Source: Patellaria atrata CBS 101060 (lineage: Eukaryota). From it: a stretch of 63,105 nucleotides of DNA. Positions 1-12,433 of the stretch are shown one piece after another. The notes beneath the pieces are model-generated. The model was given only the letters and a program-made list of their open reading frames with translations. It searched no databases and was not told where the DNA came from. The stretch is taken from NCBI GenBank assembly GCA_010093705.1, contig MU006102.1:500123-563227 (forward strand). Reading direction: 5' to 3'. The translations under genes were made by a program, and so were the position numbers. The first letter of the stretch is position 1, and the number at the start of each line of letters is the position of its first letter.

Positions 1-1493
1 AGCGCGCAGGCCTCTGGCCCATGCAATTCAACACCATTGGTGTCAGTGACGCCATCTCAATGGGGACAAAGGGTATGCGATACTCTCTTCAATCTCGCGA
101 CATCATTGCAGATTCCATAGAGTCAGTTATGGGCGGCCAATGGTATGATGCGAACATTTCCATTCCTGGTTGCGATAAAAACATGCCTGGTGTTGTGATA
201 GCGATGGGCAGACATAACCGCCCGTCAATAATGGTCTACGGCGGCTCCATTGCTCCTGGCTGCGCTAAATCGCTGGACAATCAAAAAATCGACATCGTCT
301 CCGCCTTCCAGGCGTACGGGCAATTCATATATGGCGATATCAACGAAGAGGCTCGCTTCGACATAATCCGGCACGCTTGTCCTGGAAGTGGTGCCTGTGG
401 TGGAATGTACACTGCTAACACCATGGCTACAGCTATCGAAACCATTGGATTATCTCTTCCCGGTTCATCTTCCAATCCCGCGGAGTCTCAAGCAAAACGA
501 CTTGAGTGTCTGGCCGCTGGTGGTGCTATTAAAAACCTTCTTAAGGAGGATATCCGACCCCGTGACATTATGACTAGACAAGCATTCGAAAACGCCATGG
601 TTGTTACCACTATTTTGGGTGGCTCCACCAATGCGGTATTGCATCTAATTGCCATGGCCGACAGTGTAGGATTGAAACTTACAATCGACGACTTCCAAGC
701 CGTGAGCGACCGGACACCCTTCCTTGCCGATCTTAAGCCATCTGGCAAATATGTCATGGCGGATCTCTTTAATATTGGCGGTACTCCAGCTCTCTTGAAG
801 CTCCTCGTCAGAGAAGGCGTCATTGATGGGTCCGGAATTACTGTCACTGGGAAAACCCTCAAAGAAAACGTCGAATCAGCCCCTGAGTTTCCCTCAGATC
901 AACAAGTCATCAAACCATTCTCATCTCCCATTAAATCTACAGGTCATATCCAGATTCTGCGCGGTTCCCTTGCCCCAGGTGGATGTGTTGGTAAAATCAC
1001 AGGCAAAGAGGGGTTGAAATTTGTGGGTAAAGCCAAAGTATATAATGACGAAGATGATTTTATTGCTGCACTTGAGCGAGAAGAGCTCAAAAAAGGTGAG
1101 AAGACTGTCGTGGTGATTAGGTACGAGGGACCCAAGGGCGGGCCAGGCATGCCAGAAATGCTTAAACCGAGTGCCGCAATCATGGGTGCTGGCCTAGGTC
1201 ACGATGTCGCTTTGATTACCGATGGAAGGTTCAGCGGAGGTAGCCACGGGTTCCTTATTGGTCACATTGTTCCGGAAGCGCAAGAAGGTGGCCCAATCGG
1301 ATTAGTCCAGGACGGGGACGAGATCACCATCGATGCTGAAACTAGGAGACTGGACGTAAATGTCAGTGAGGCAGATTTAGAGAAGAGGAGGAGTGAGTGG
1401 AAAGCCCCGCCCTTGAAGTACAACAAGGGCACACTCTATAAGTATGCCAAGAATGTAAAAGACGCCAGTCATGGGTGCATCACAGATGCATAA
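1..1493 (+). CDS. ILV3: Dihydroxy-acid dehydratase, 5' part outside the window
   Basis: ORF 21..1493 with IlvD/Edd motifs [41 protein letters not shown] and [11 protein letters not shown]; the frame is open to the window edge. Confidence 0.97.
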   Translation, partial: RAGLWPMQFNTIGVSDAISMGTKGMRYSLQSRDIIADSIESVMGGQWYDANISIPGCDKNMPGVVIAMGRHNRPSIMVYGGSIAPGCAKSLDNQKIDIVSAFQAYGQFIYGDINEEARFDIIRHACPGSGACGGMYTANTMATAIETIGLSLPGSSSNPAESQAKRLECLAAGGAIKNLLKEDIRPRDIMTRQAFENAMVVTTILGGSTNAVLHLIAMADSVGLKLTIDDFQAVSDRTPFLADLKPSGKYVMADLFNIGGTPALLKLLVREGVIDGSGITVTGKTLKENVESAPEFPSDQQVIKPFSSPIKSTGHIQILRGSLAPGGCVGKITGKEGLKFVGKAKVYNDEDDFIAALEREELKKGEKTVVVIRYEGPKGGPGMPEMLKPSAAIMGAGLGHDVALITDGRFSGGSHGFLIGHIVPEAQEGGPIGLVQDGDEITIDAETRRLDVNVSEADLEKRRSEWKAPPLKYNKGTLYKYAKNVKDASHGCITDA

Positions 1494-2373
1494 GCGATAG
1501 GAGTAACGCGCTGTACTACTGTACAAGTGTATATACTACCTTGGGAGCGTCCCTGGATCTTTGAGCATCAGGCGTTTGGGAATGGTTAGGTTCAAAAGGA
1601 CTTGGATGACACTATTTATTTGACGGTTAGCACAATGGCTTAATCCATCAGAAACTAATCAAGAATATATCTACATAGAGTAGAGGCTCGACTCTACCTT
1701 TCCCCTGATGCATTTACGAGACAACGTTGCTACCGCCCTTCTTCCCAGTCGAAACATCTGTACTCACTTCTGCTATTCGACTGATCGTCTTCGATACTGG
1801 AGTTGATTTGTCAGGGACGAGGAAATGAATGATCGCACCTATGGATTGTTTGCTGTTGCTCCCGTTCAGATTGTTTTGAATGAAATGGGAAGAGATATAA
1901 CCGGGGCTGATAGCAATTCTAATAAACAATTCGTAAAAGATTCAGTGACCCATTTTCAAAAGCGTATAGCTTCCAGGTGTGTATTCTAGTAATAATTCTA
2001 GCTCATCATGGAGCGAAGTCTAAGTACTTTAATGGCATGTATTGATGATACGGGTACCGGAAGCTCTTTAGAGGTATAAGCTGGGCAATAGGATCACTTT
2101 CCGTAGCTTAGTGTAGTGTTGCCTCCCTAGATTAGGGTATGAAAATATTTGTAGTTTTGAGCATTCTTTAGCACAAGCTGAACTTTGAAGGTTTTAAGCC
2201 AGAGCTTAACTTACTTTGAAGTAAAGTATAAAACTGTGATGTCACCTCCGTCAAATGGCCAAAAGTCCTACCTCGGCTAGCGCGGTGAGCTTCTATCGAC
2301 GACATTCTTTGTCTCAGAAATCCATTCCAATGCTCAACACCTGCATCATCACGCTTTCCTAAGGCTATCGACC

Positions 2374-3756
2374 ATGTCGCAGCTGCAGAAGCCGCCAGAG
2401 ACGATTCGTATTAAGCGAAAGATTATCGATGAACCTGTTGATTCTCTTTGTTAGTCTTACAACACCCGAACTACGCTCATTTGTCACTTACTTCCTCTTA
2501 GACATAGAATCGAAAACCAAACGTCATGCTAGTAACTACCAGTATTTTTTCCGCCGAGTGGAGGATGCAAAGTTCAGTCCGGATCTCTCCGCTGAACCGA
2601 CACCTAGCCCACCCAGGCGTGGATATGATGCCAATGGAGTTCCTTTGCTACAGACAACATTACCAGGAGAAGAGAAGTCCCACGAGAAAAGTGTAGATAA
2701 AATTACTACCAAACCTACACCACACAAGCCGTCTTCAGGTGCCGGTATGCCGTCCTTGATCCGAAGCGCATCCCCAGCGAGATCCACAGGACGAATCACT
2801 CGCCCTGTGCGCCGATTTCATCTGTCCAAACTACCATCACTACCATCGTTGGGAGGTCTCTCTGGACGCATTGAGAAGAAGCGGACCGCAACTTTTGTGG
2901 AAAAACGACGCGCAGTTAGTCCGTCTAATGCGGATGCAAGGGGACAGAGCACCACAACTGAAACTCAAGATGGAAACAGCGTCACGTCTACATCGCGTCC
3001 TCTCAAGAGACCAGTTGGTTCCGTTGCTGAGAAGAGATGGCGTGAGATACAGAAAGACCACGCGAGGACGAAGTCGAAGATGCAAACCGTTAATGACGAG
3101 ATTGAACCTTGGCGCTTAAGTAAATTTGAGGAATACGCGCATGAATTGGAGCAGGAGCAAACTGCTGGGAAGAAGCAACAAGCTGTTGGTAACGATGCAA
3201 TTCTTCAGCCAACTTCACCCAAGTTACGATATAAGCCCAAGAGTTCTATTATGAGATATCAAGACCGAAATGTCCAAACTCATATCGTGGACCAGGATCA
3301 AGATGGCATGGAAGTAGATACGGATGACGAGAGCGCATACACGTACGATACTTTTGTTCGTTGTCAAACTGGGACACTCGTGCCTGTCGATACAAATATA
3401 ATGCACGGTAATGTAGGTGTCCTTGTTATTGGCGAAGAGGACGAACCATTATGGGACAAGTACGCGGAAGATGAAAGTGATAAGGATTGGAATAGTGAGG
3501 AGGAAGATGAGAACGGTATGTTGAAGCTGAAACTCTTTAGACCTACAATCTAACAGAAATAGCTGAAAATTATCATGCTGCGGATTACCCAGAGGATGAG
3601 GTCGACTCTGACGACGATGTCGATCGGATCGTCCGTGGCGGTCATGCCTCTGATGATGATGAATTCGTCTACGAAGATAATGAATATGATTCCGATGATG
3701 CAAGAAGTGATACCGAAGACTTGCAGTACCCTTGGAAGCGTCATCCTTGGGAATAA
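2374..3756 (+). CDS. IWR1: Iwr1-family RNA polymerase II nuclear import factor (3 exons)
   Basis: ATG at 2374 (MSQLQKPPETIRIKRK); introns ~2450-2501 and ~3516-3562; the spliced product gives the Iwr1-type acidic motif EEEDENAENYHAADYPEDE; stop at 3754-3756. Confidence 0.85.
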
Positions 3757-4034
3757 AAATAATTGGCGAAGACCCAGATAGCACTAGTTGAATCCTAACC
3801 TTAGAGAAGATTATCTTCAAATCCAAAGCTCTACCTTAGACCATCACAGATCTTTCTTCAGATAACCTCCAACCCTTGGCTCCACGGAACCATTGTGCCA
3901 TATCTTTGGATGAATTATCCTCATTCATTGAACACCACCTGCACCTCAAGCCCGAGAATAACATTGGTTCGACAAACCTTTCCCTCCCGTTCATACACTC
4001 CCTCAATTTCTGTGCAAAATCTCGCTATAAAAAC

Positions 4035-4989
4035 TCAAGCACGATTCTTCAAGAACCAGAAATCCCTTCGTTGCACACGGATACGGCCCCATTCCTCCCT
4101 CCATCCGTCAGATGAAACTGGGAGAGGAAGTGCCCAGGAGCTGACATCCTCCTCATTGTCATTGAGCCATAGCAACATGCTGCGCTTATCTTTCGAATCG
4201 CTCCCTCTTACCCCACTTTTTACACCTGCTTCCTTCAAGATTCTTAAATGAATACTTTGAAGTCCCTCTTTAGTTCGATACAAGTATGTGTTCTCGTTTC
4301 CGCCTTGGTAGCGCCTTTGTTCACCAGGCGGGAAATGTATACGGAATGCCATGGTAATGTCTTTCCACCTAGGTTGTTTGGACCCATAGAACCATCGCAT
4401 CCAGAGAATAAATCGCTTCTCCTCAAGGTCATACTCTGGTCGATGTTGCTTTCCTCTGGTTTGCTCAACGGGCACTGAATTCGAGATTTCACAATCCCGG
4501 CGCGGTGAAGACGGTGGAGTTGGATACTCATTCTGGGAGTGTAGGCTGCGCCGTATTTCGGTCTTGGCTCGTTGACGATATTTCCAAGCAGTCGGCCTCT
4601 CTTTCAAGTGATATCTGGGGTCCGGGGTCAAGCCGTCATCTGACCAGTGACCCCGCCGAGATGGAGTGGACATCTCAGAGTGAGATAGCATTCTATGTTT
4701 ACTGAGATGGTTTTGACTCTCAGAGAGCGTCAACAAGTGTATGCTGGGAAGTGTATCTCCGGAGTCGTGACCTTCAACTCTGAGATTAGCATTTCATGCT
4801 AGATTGCTTCATTAGGAGCTGTATTTCCCTAGAGAAATCTGCATTCTTACCTAGATTGTAGTTCTGTGCGGGCTCTACGTCGATCAGATTTCTAATGCTC
4901 ATCTTGTCCCGATCGGTTACGGACTCGTTCGGGCCCCGTGAGACAATAATGGGGGCGGTAGCATTGGCGGCGGACATGTTTGCAGACAT
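4035..4989 (-). CDS. Hypothetical protein with a fungal Myb/HTH-like domain (2 exons)
   Basis: ORFs 4786..4989 and 4035..4736 join in frame through intron 4850..4772 (GTAAG donor, GCTAAT branch, AAG acceptor). C-terminal motif RPEYDLEEKRFILWMR...WKDITMAFRIHFP...RTKEGLQ resembles fungal Myb-like regulators. Confidence 0.6.
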
Positions 4990-5659
4990 GAAGTCGACCT
5001 AGATTTCACAGTAATTCGAGTCACTTAGCAACAATAGTCAGGATCTTGCTTCGATATTTCAGAATGAAGAGGCGAAAGTAGGACACTGTCGTTCCTCATA
5101 CCGGACCGCAGACTTTATGTATTCTGGCAGGCCACCTTAATTGTCGTTCAACATCCTATTTACAAAGTATCAATCCTCCCCTTCCTCAGTCTTTTGTGAT
5201 ACATTCGAGTTACATGGTACAGGGGCCTGCGCCCGGGAGACAATCCGCAGATCCTATACGTCCAAAATAAATTCACGTTTATTGTGGTAGGTTCCGTTCT
5301 CTTGAGTGAATCTCTTTGTCGTGTTCAAATTCGAATGGATTCTGCTGAACGAAAACCCAGTACCCAATTCAAGGGTAAGTGCTTTCTCATTGGATCCAGT
5401 TCTGTCTCTGCATCTAGAACTCTACACATCCCGTAGATCTGCTCCTTCTTTAACATGTTTCCAGTCCCTCGGGATATCAATCAAGTCATTGCAACCTCCA
5501 GAGTGCAAATTCGTTCTTGCAAGTTTAAAATTTGGTATACATTTTTAGCGGCATTCGGCAGTGGTGCCAGCGATATATCATCAATAGTGACTCTAACTTT
5601 GAGTCAGAAATGAATACATTAATACAGCTCTCATGCTTGATATTAGAATGGAGTTCATT

Positions 5660-6220
5660 CTAGCGAGCTCCAAGGCGGAACGGGCGGTTAGTGTCGAAAC
5701 ACGGTACCCTTGAAGAACGGCAATAGGCGCGATTGAATCTGATCGCTGACATGTCAATCACCCACGAACCGGACCGATCATGAGCCAGGCCCATTCGGGA
5801 TACCGACATCCGGGACGAAGAATAATCAAAGTTACAGACGCTGCTCTGCGTTAGCACAAACTCTGGAATATGCCACGCCTTCCTCGCGTATGCAGCTCTA
5901 TGCTGGCGCCATTGGGAAGGGGAAGGGCCAATCTCTCGTTGCTTTTGTGAACGCTTTAGCGGAACCCATTGGCCTTTTAACGGCAAGCCAAAGCTTGGAG
6001 ACCGACGATTAAGAATTACGACTGTCCCATACACTAAATTCTTTTCTTCTCTAACCATCTGATTATACCGGTTCATGTCTATGTGATGTATCGGATTTTG
6101 CCCTGTTAGGTGAAACGGTGTCTCGCATGAACGCCACGTTCCCAGACAATCGGTTTCGTACACAGATTCGAACCAAAAATAATACTCCAGAGGCCGGGAA
6201 TCAGGTTTGACAGTTGACAT
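5660..6220 (-). CDS. Orphan hypothetical protein (186 aa)
   Basis: ATG-started ORF with no recognisable motif, in a gene-poor region. Confidence 0.3.
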   Translation of the reverse strand: MSTVKPDSRPLEYYFWFESVYETDCLGTWRSCETPFHLTGQNPIHHIDMNRYNQMVREEKNLVYGTVVILNRRSPSFGLPLKGQWVPLKRSQKQREIGPSPSQWRQHRAAYARKAWHIPEFVLTQSSVCNFDYSSSRMSVSRMGLAHDRSGSWVIDMSAIRFNRAYCRSSRVPCFDTNRPFRLGAR

Positions 6221-8570
6221 ATGTCCGCTTTAAGCGCGCGATGAGCAAGCCATTGATGCCTCGTTTTTCACCCTCAACAGGTGTTCAGCTAGCTTTGGGA
6301 CATGTGTTCTTCATCGCCAGGGTCATCTTCCACGAGCAGCATGCTGAATGGTAGATATACACTCCGTCATATTAACTTCTACATTACATGTGCTTTGCAT
6401 ATCGCCTCACGAGTTTTATCCCTTAACAACAACCAATAATTTTGAAGACAGATGCACCATTACTTTGCGGTACAAAACCGATAATCAACCTAAACAATCA
6501 GTGGATTCCCTTCACTTTACACCTGTAGTAGCACTGAACCTGCGACTATTATCGTTGCTAATTGTACCATTAAGAGCATACGGCAGCAGAGTAACCTATC
6601 TACTACCGGGAGATGGATCTCCAATTGCTTGCACGTTTTCAGCCCGAAGGCGCCCTGTTTTATGACCGAGTCATGTCCAGGATCGCAGCTCACAGGGTCA
6701 GGTACTCCTGTCTCGAATCTCACAATCTGATTTTGACATCCTTGTTCCATTTCCGTAACATTATCCTCGATCAACGAAAGATCCGCAAAACCTTACCTTT
6801 AAAGTATGTCGACCTCAACAGGACCTTGCTACATATCCTTCGAGCAAACAATCCACCTCCCTTACGGCCCCCATGCAGTTGCACCGGCTTTCATTTTCTC
6901 TTCTTCTACTCTGTAGCTAGAGTCCTCAATGCTGCTCCTGCGCTCGAATTACCCAACTCCTTTTACCTCAGTCCGCCAGTGTGCAATATAGCTTGTCCTT
7001 TCTACATAGACAACCGTGTCATGGCTATCAAAAAGCGGTTTCCCGTTACTTACGATCGAGCAGTGTCATCAGATTTAGGACATCACCGTATCAACTTCCG
7101 GATCTTTGCGTCCTTTGTTTCGGGTACCAGTCTATTTGTCGTTGTCGTTAATTAGCTACTTACCAATTTGTGCAGACATCAGGTCATACGCAAAGCTATC
7201 ACATTCAAGATACCAGTCGTCCACTTCCAATGGCTTGAAAGAAACCGGATTCCAGAGCTATCACATAGACGGTTGGTACTGGACCATCGTGCGCTATCTC
7301 CCGTGGCAACCTTGCGTTACACGGCATTGACAACATCTGTTCACCATGCATCCATATGTTTCTTCAACCCAAGACCTGGCTGCAGCTGTTCTTCACCGAC
7401 AGTCCTTACGTGAACGAGCCAGCTATCGTAACACTTTGAGCTCATCCCTGCCGCAACCACCCTTGCTACGATCATTATTAACTGCCGCACCCGCTGCATA
7501 CCCTTTTCTCTAATGGACACAGTGATCTGAATCTCACTCTAAAACCTTTGCTGTGATCCTGCCTTAACCGCTCTGTCTATTACGCAAGCGTTAACTGCAG
7601 ATTTATAGATTTATGCAACAACGCATTATTTCCCCCGCGTGACGTTAATTCCGGAGCCATCCCACATGCTTCCCGAATCCGTGTTGCATCCGGACCATAC
7701 CGAGACTGCAGATATGTCGCGGTGATGTCCATTTGTGAGGGCTTCATTGGCAATGCCGTACCTTGTCGCACAGCGATGGCATTGCTAGATGCTGTCTGCG
7801 CCAACCGGATACTGACAAACGCTTCCGTCTGCGGAGCTAAGCATGGAGATCAAAGCGAAGGGATCGGCAAAGATATAAAGAGATGGGTGGGAGGACGAGA
7901 TCGGCTACGATTAGATGTGACGAGATGTGATTGAGATGGGATAACCGGGATACGTTCTTGACCGCTTTGTCACTGTATATGCTCTGGGTCATTCTACGCT
8001 TTGCTGTACATACGATGACATGGTGACAAGGCTGGCTTCCTTTGCAGTTGCTTGACGCCGTACACTTCCTCGAGAGTGCGTATTGTTAGGCATACAGTAA
8101 CCGCAGAGAAGCCCAACAACGCAATGGATGGGGAGGATATGACATGGCACTTTACGCGGAGTACGATTCTAAGGTCAGCTTGTTCTGTACAGTCCTATCG
8201 AAATTATGCCGGAGCGCAAAGTATTTTTTTACCGTCATCCCAATCCTCTCCGTGTACTCGTTAGAGTAGAGATATCCTATCGCTTCTCCTTGGCCACTGT
8301 ACATCTCCTGTACAGAAAAGAACATGCTACCGAATCTAACCCCTTACGCTTGTACTGGTCCCTAAAACTGAGCGAGAAACTTTCACGTGGAAGACTACAG
8401 TAGGTAAGCGTATAACCTTTCTAATATCGATGGGCAGTTAGTGTATTACGATCTAAATACTAGATCATGATTCTATTGCCGCATACGATAATTCATACGT
8501 ACAGTACAGATGCAGCAACCTAAACCCACATAGGGGCTATTCTACTAGGTCCTTATACTTTGCTAACTGT

Positions 8571-9004
8571 TTATGCTGGACTTTTCTTTCTTACCCCTTT
8601 TCGTATTTTAAGAGACTTGCCGATAGCTAGTTCCTCTTTTCTAACCTTATTTCTACTTTTCTAATTTTCCTTCTTCCTCTTCTTATCCTTCTCTTACCCT
8701 TCTTCTTTTTCCTCACTTCCTTCTTTTTCTTTGCCTTCTACTTTCCTCTTTCCTCTCTCCTTACCCTCCCTTTCTTCTTCTTCCTCCCTTCTCCATCTCA
8801 TTTCCAGGAATTTGGTCAGTATGAAGTGATAACTTTTCCTAGCAAAAGACAAGATACACCTTGGGTTCCACCAGTGTAATATTTCTTTGTCTATGGTATG
8901 GTCACTATGCTATACACACTGGATAATTAGGAAATTTTACTTCCAGTGGTAGATTGTTTCGGTATATAGCTATTCTGAGGGTATTTTTAACCACTGCTCA
9001 GATC
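8571..9004 (-). pseudogene. Decayed gene fragment with a Lys/Glu-rich tail, interrupted by TAA/TAG stops
   Basis: One minus-strand frame reads QWLKIPSE*LYTETIYHWK*NFLIIQCV*HSDHTIDKEILHWWNPRC...LEMRWRREEEEEREGKERGK...EG*EKDKKRKKEN*KSRNK...SPA*. All internal stops are TAA/TAG. An intron-like GTAAGT...CTAG lies just upstream. Confidence 0.45.
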
Positions 9005-10951
9005 CTAGGAGAGATCCATTATACGCGTCTCGTATTCTATCAATCACTTACTTCTTCGTTTTCTATTTTATTTTTGACCATATTGTACTTACAACCACAA
9101 CATCTCGGTTATTCAGTCCAGCATTAATACTCAAGCGAAACTCTAGCAGTGGATAAAGATACACCCACGTGGGTATGTGTATAAGTGTATGGGAGTTAAA
9201 GAAGTGGGTGGATTGAGGGCGAGGGAGGGCACTCTGATCGTGTTTTGGTCTTACAAGGTACTCTGGTGTATTCGTGCAAAGGTAAAGTGTTCTAATACGT
9301 TATGGTATTGGGTGACGAAATAGGAAGGTCGCTTATGTAGCGTAGTTCTAAGCTCTTTCGGGATACACGAGGTAGATTTCGATAGAAACCAACTTTCATA
9401 AACTGTTGCCTACGCCATCAGACCAAAAATGAGAGATCAAGTGTTCGATTTATGGTAGAGAATACTTATCAAGTGTACTTTAGATATCTTACTATATCCA
9501 TTCAACCGGTAACAAGGGAGGTCGTTTACGAAAAGGACTTAGCTCAGTGCACTAATGAGCTCCGAGAGATCACGTCCCATCCCCAAAACCTTACACCAAC
9601 GATCACGAGGAACCAAAGATTCAATTAAAAATCCTCCTACCTATCTCCATTCTCGAAGAAGCAAAAGGATAAGATGGCAGCTTTAGCCGTCAAGGCGCCA
9701 CACTGTCTGGCATGTGAGCCGAGGAGAGCCAGGGGTTGGATAGTACTGTAAGGGTCTGGAGCTAGAACGAAATATCTACGTCGATTGCGCACCATGGTGG
9801 ACTACCCTCCTCTTTCTTTCTTTTCCAATTCCTCTTCAATTCCTTCCATTCTGCTGGAGACCTTGAGGTCGGACGTTCGTTATTTTCCAATTCCATTCTG
9901 AGTTGCGAGGAAGAATTCTTCTTATCCGCGCAATAATCAGAAATAGTTGAGTCGTTTGGAACCCCGCTAGTGTTGGTTATCTGGAAGTGGAGAGCGAAGA
10001 TCACAGAGTCATAGTAAGTAAGCTTTTTTTCGCCTCTACAACCTGTTGATCTCTTTCCTATTAGCGTAATTCTAGAGCAGAATGATCTACCTCTCGGGCC
10101 TGCCCGGACTGGAAAATTTGCTGAAAAGATCTAGATCTCAGACCGTTGAATCCTAATGATCGACAGGGCGGAAATCTGATAATAAGGGTGCTCACTCAAC
10201 CGGCTTTTCGTATTTTCGCGACTTGGAACTTTCAGCACCCTTTCGTTCGGACGTCTGCACGGTCTTCTTGAATGATATTGTCTCCCTCCTCGTCAGTGGT
10301 AAAAGTTGTACTCGGAGCGGCTAATTGGACGGCTTTTTGAACTGCAATCTCTGAAGAAAACACGCTCTTATATCGGATTGGTAGTCATTTTCCTTTGATC
10401 CGGAATAGATCCTATAGGATGAAAGATTAATCTCGACGTGGAAGAATTTCATCGCAAGATATAGTCTATCAGCAGTTCTTGTTTGAGACATCCAGAGGCT
10501 TTCCTGTTGAAAAATCACCACCCGGAACTCGTATACTGAGCTTTAGAGTTGCTCTTCCCTACTTTTATCCACGGACCTTACTAGAAGATCGACCACGGTA
10601 GCCAGTTTCGCAGTAAATGTTAAGGGACTTTTATCCTTCCTGTCCACTGATTCCAAGCTCTTACATATACTCCGGAACGCTGCAATCAGAATTATACTCG
10701 GTTCTCTCGTTACCTCTTATCTTTAAATCTGAGGCATATTGAATAGATTTTCCAACTGGAACGTAACAGATAGTAATGAGTCTTTATCTAGACATAATCC
10801 ACCGTTTCCTAATGTACAAGGCGACAAGTAAACTAAAGCTTGATCTGGCTTCATTTCGTTAGGTTGGAGAATACTGGGTCTTTCTAGTAGTCCAAAGTAG
10901 TTGCATTTCCACATTCTAGTATTTAGGACATCTATTCGTACATAACAAGTA

Positions 10952-12433
10952 GTGTACTTCTTGGCCAGGATGCTCCAAGACGTTGCTCCAGCGGTTGACG
11001 TCCGGAACGGAACAGTCGATTTCATCCCCCAGGCGAACTCTGAAAGATGGGCTGGCGCCAAACTCAAGGAGCTGGAGTTGGAAACAATACTCCACTCCCT
11101 CGAAGAGAGACGTGAGCATCTAGAGGAGCAGATACAAAAATATATAGCAAAGAAGAGGATGCAGTTCAAAGAGTACGAGGACCATATTTGGGCTAGGAAG
11201 GTTGAAGGGCAAAAGAAGGAGGATATGCACAAAAGTCACGCATCTCAGGCGCGAGAAAGGAGTAGCTTGCCCCCATCAAGCAGTGACAGCAGTCTTACGA
11301 GTCTGGAAAGCGTCAGGCGTCACCATAAACATACGTCAAAAGAGAAGGAACGTCCTGACCTTCATCATGACTCTGATAGTCACAATACCTTGATGTCATC
11401 TACTTCCAAACCCGATTCCAAGCGTCACCCCTGGCACGTGGATAGCCGTAACCCAATCGGAGAACGAGAAATGGAGCTCGCCGGTCTCTTCATGCCCGGC
11501 TTCCTCCCGCTCCTCGACGGTAAAGATCACCACCGCCGGAGCATTTCCGATCCGGCGATATCCGTATCAGCAGATACAAAAGCGTCTTTGCCATCGGTGC
11601 CCAGTCCGACCAAACGCGCCTCAGAACCAAACATAAAAACCGCACCCGCAAAGAAATCTGCGCTGAAACATTCTCCTCAGCGTAGAACATCGCAAGACCC
11701 AAGTAGAAAAAAAAGCGTCTCTTTCGCCCTCAGCGAAGGCGATAAACCTCCATCAATCACATCATCAAAACATACAATGCCGCGTAGGATCGGCGGCCGC
11801 AGCGCTAATTTTCCACGTGGCAGCGCAGGCGACGTCATGGGCGACGAGATTTTCACAGGCACCGAAAACCCTACCACCTTCACCTCACCTTCCCCAACCA
11901 CACACACCTTCCCCGAAGCCACACCATCCGTCTCACCAGCACCCATCGACACCTTCCTGAGCGTTATCAACCGCTCGTCCAACCTCTCTTCCTCTCTCCC
12001 GGCCGACGAGCCCCTTCCGTCCCGGGATCTCGTACTCAGCCCATCCACTTCACCAATGACGACAGCATCCAAGACCGCCGCGGGACAGAAGGCGGTGAAG
12101 ATCCCGAAGGATATGGGTACCGCTCCTGATCCGTGGAGCGAGGACCCGACGAGCTTCGTCGGGAGCGTCACCGGCGCCTCTGGCCCCGATCATGTCGACA
12201 GCAGCAGCTGGGGCTATCCCGAGCCGAGCACCAGCTTGGGCGAGAGTTACATGAAGAGCAACGCGAAGGAATTGGCTAAGCATACCAGTCACGGTGGTTA
12301 TGTTGCGGAGGGAAGTAGCAAGAAGTCCGATGAGGAGAAAGGAGGTCAGGAGGATGAAGACGAGGGATCGGAGTCGCAAGAGATAGCTGAAGCGGACGAT
12401 GAGGTCGTGGGAAAACTCGATGAGGACATGTAA
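10952..12433 (+). CDS. Uncharacterised protein, large last exon (coiled coil followed by a Ser/Pro-rich disordered region); 5' exons unresolved
   Basis: 493-codon ORF preceded by an acceptor-like CATAAC...TAG; coiled-coil segment LKELELETILHSLEERREHLEEQIQ; motif LAGLFMPGFLPLLD; acidic C-terminus. Confidence 0.75.
   Translation: MYFLARMLQDVAPAVDVRNGTVDFIPQANSERWAGAKLKELELETILHSLEERREHLEEQIQKYIAKKRMQFKEYEDHIWARKVEGQKKEDMHKSHASQARERSSLPPSSSDSSLTSLESVRRHHKHTSKEKERPDLHHDSDSHNTLMSSTSKPDSKRHPWHVDSRNPIGEREMELAGLFMPGFLPLLDGKDHHRRSISDPAISVSADTKASLPSVPSPTKRASEPNIKTAPAKKSALKHSPQRRTSQDPSRKKSVSFALSEGDKPPSITSSKHTMPRRIGGRSANFPRGSAGDVMGDEIFTGTENPTTFTSPSPTTHTFPEATPSVSPAPIDTFLSVINRSSNLSSSLPADEPLPSRDLVLSPSTSPMTTASKTAAGQKAVKIPKDMGTAPDPWSEDPTSFVGSVTGASGPDHVDSSSWGYPEPSTSLGESYMKSNAKELAKHTSHGGYVAEGSSKKSDEEKGGQEDEDEGSESQEIAEADDEVVGKLDEDM

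Noticed and set aside
6613..7155. 180-aa plus-strand ORF
   Set aside because: No motif and atypical composition; likely spurious or the antisense of decayed sequence.
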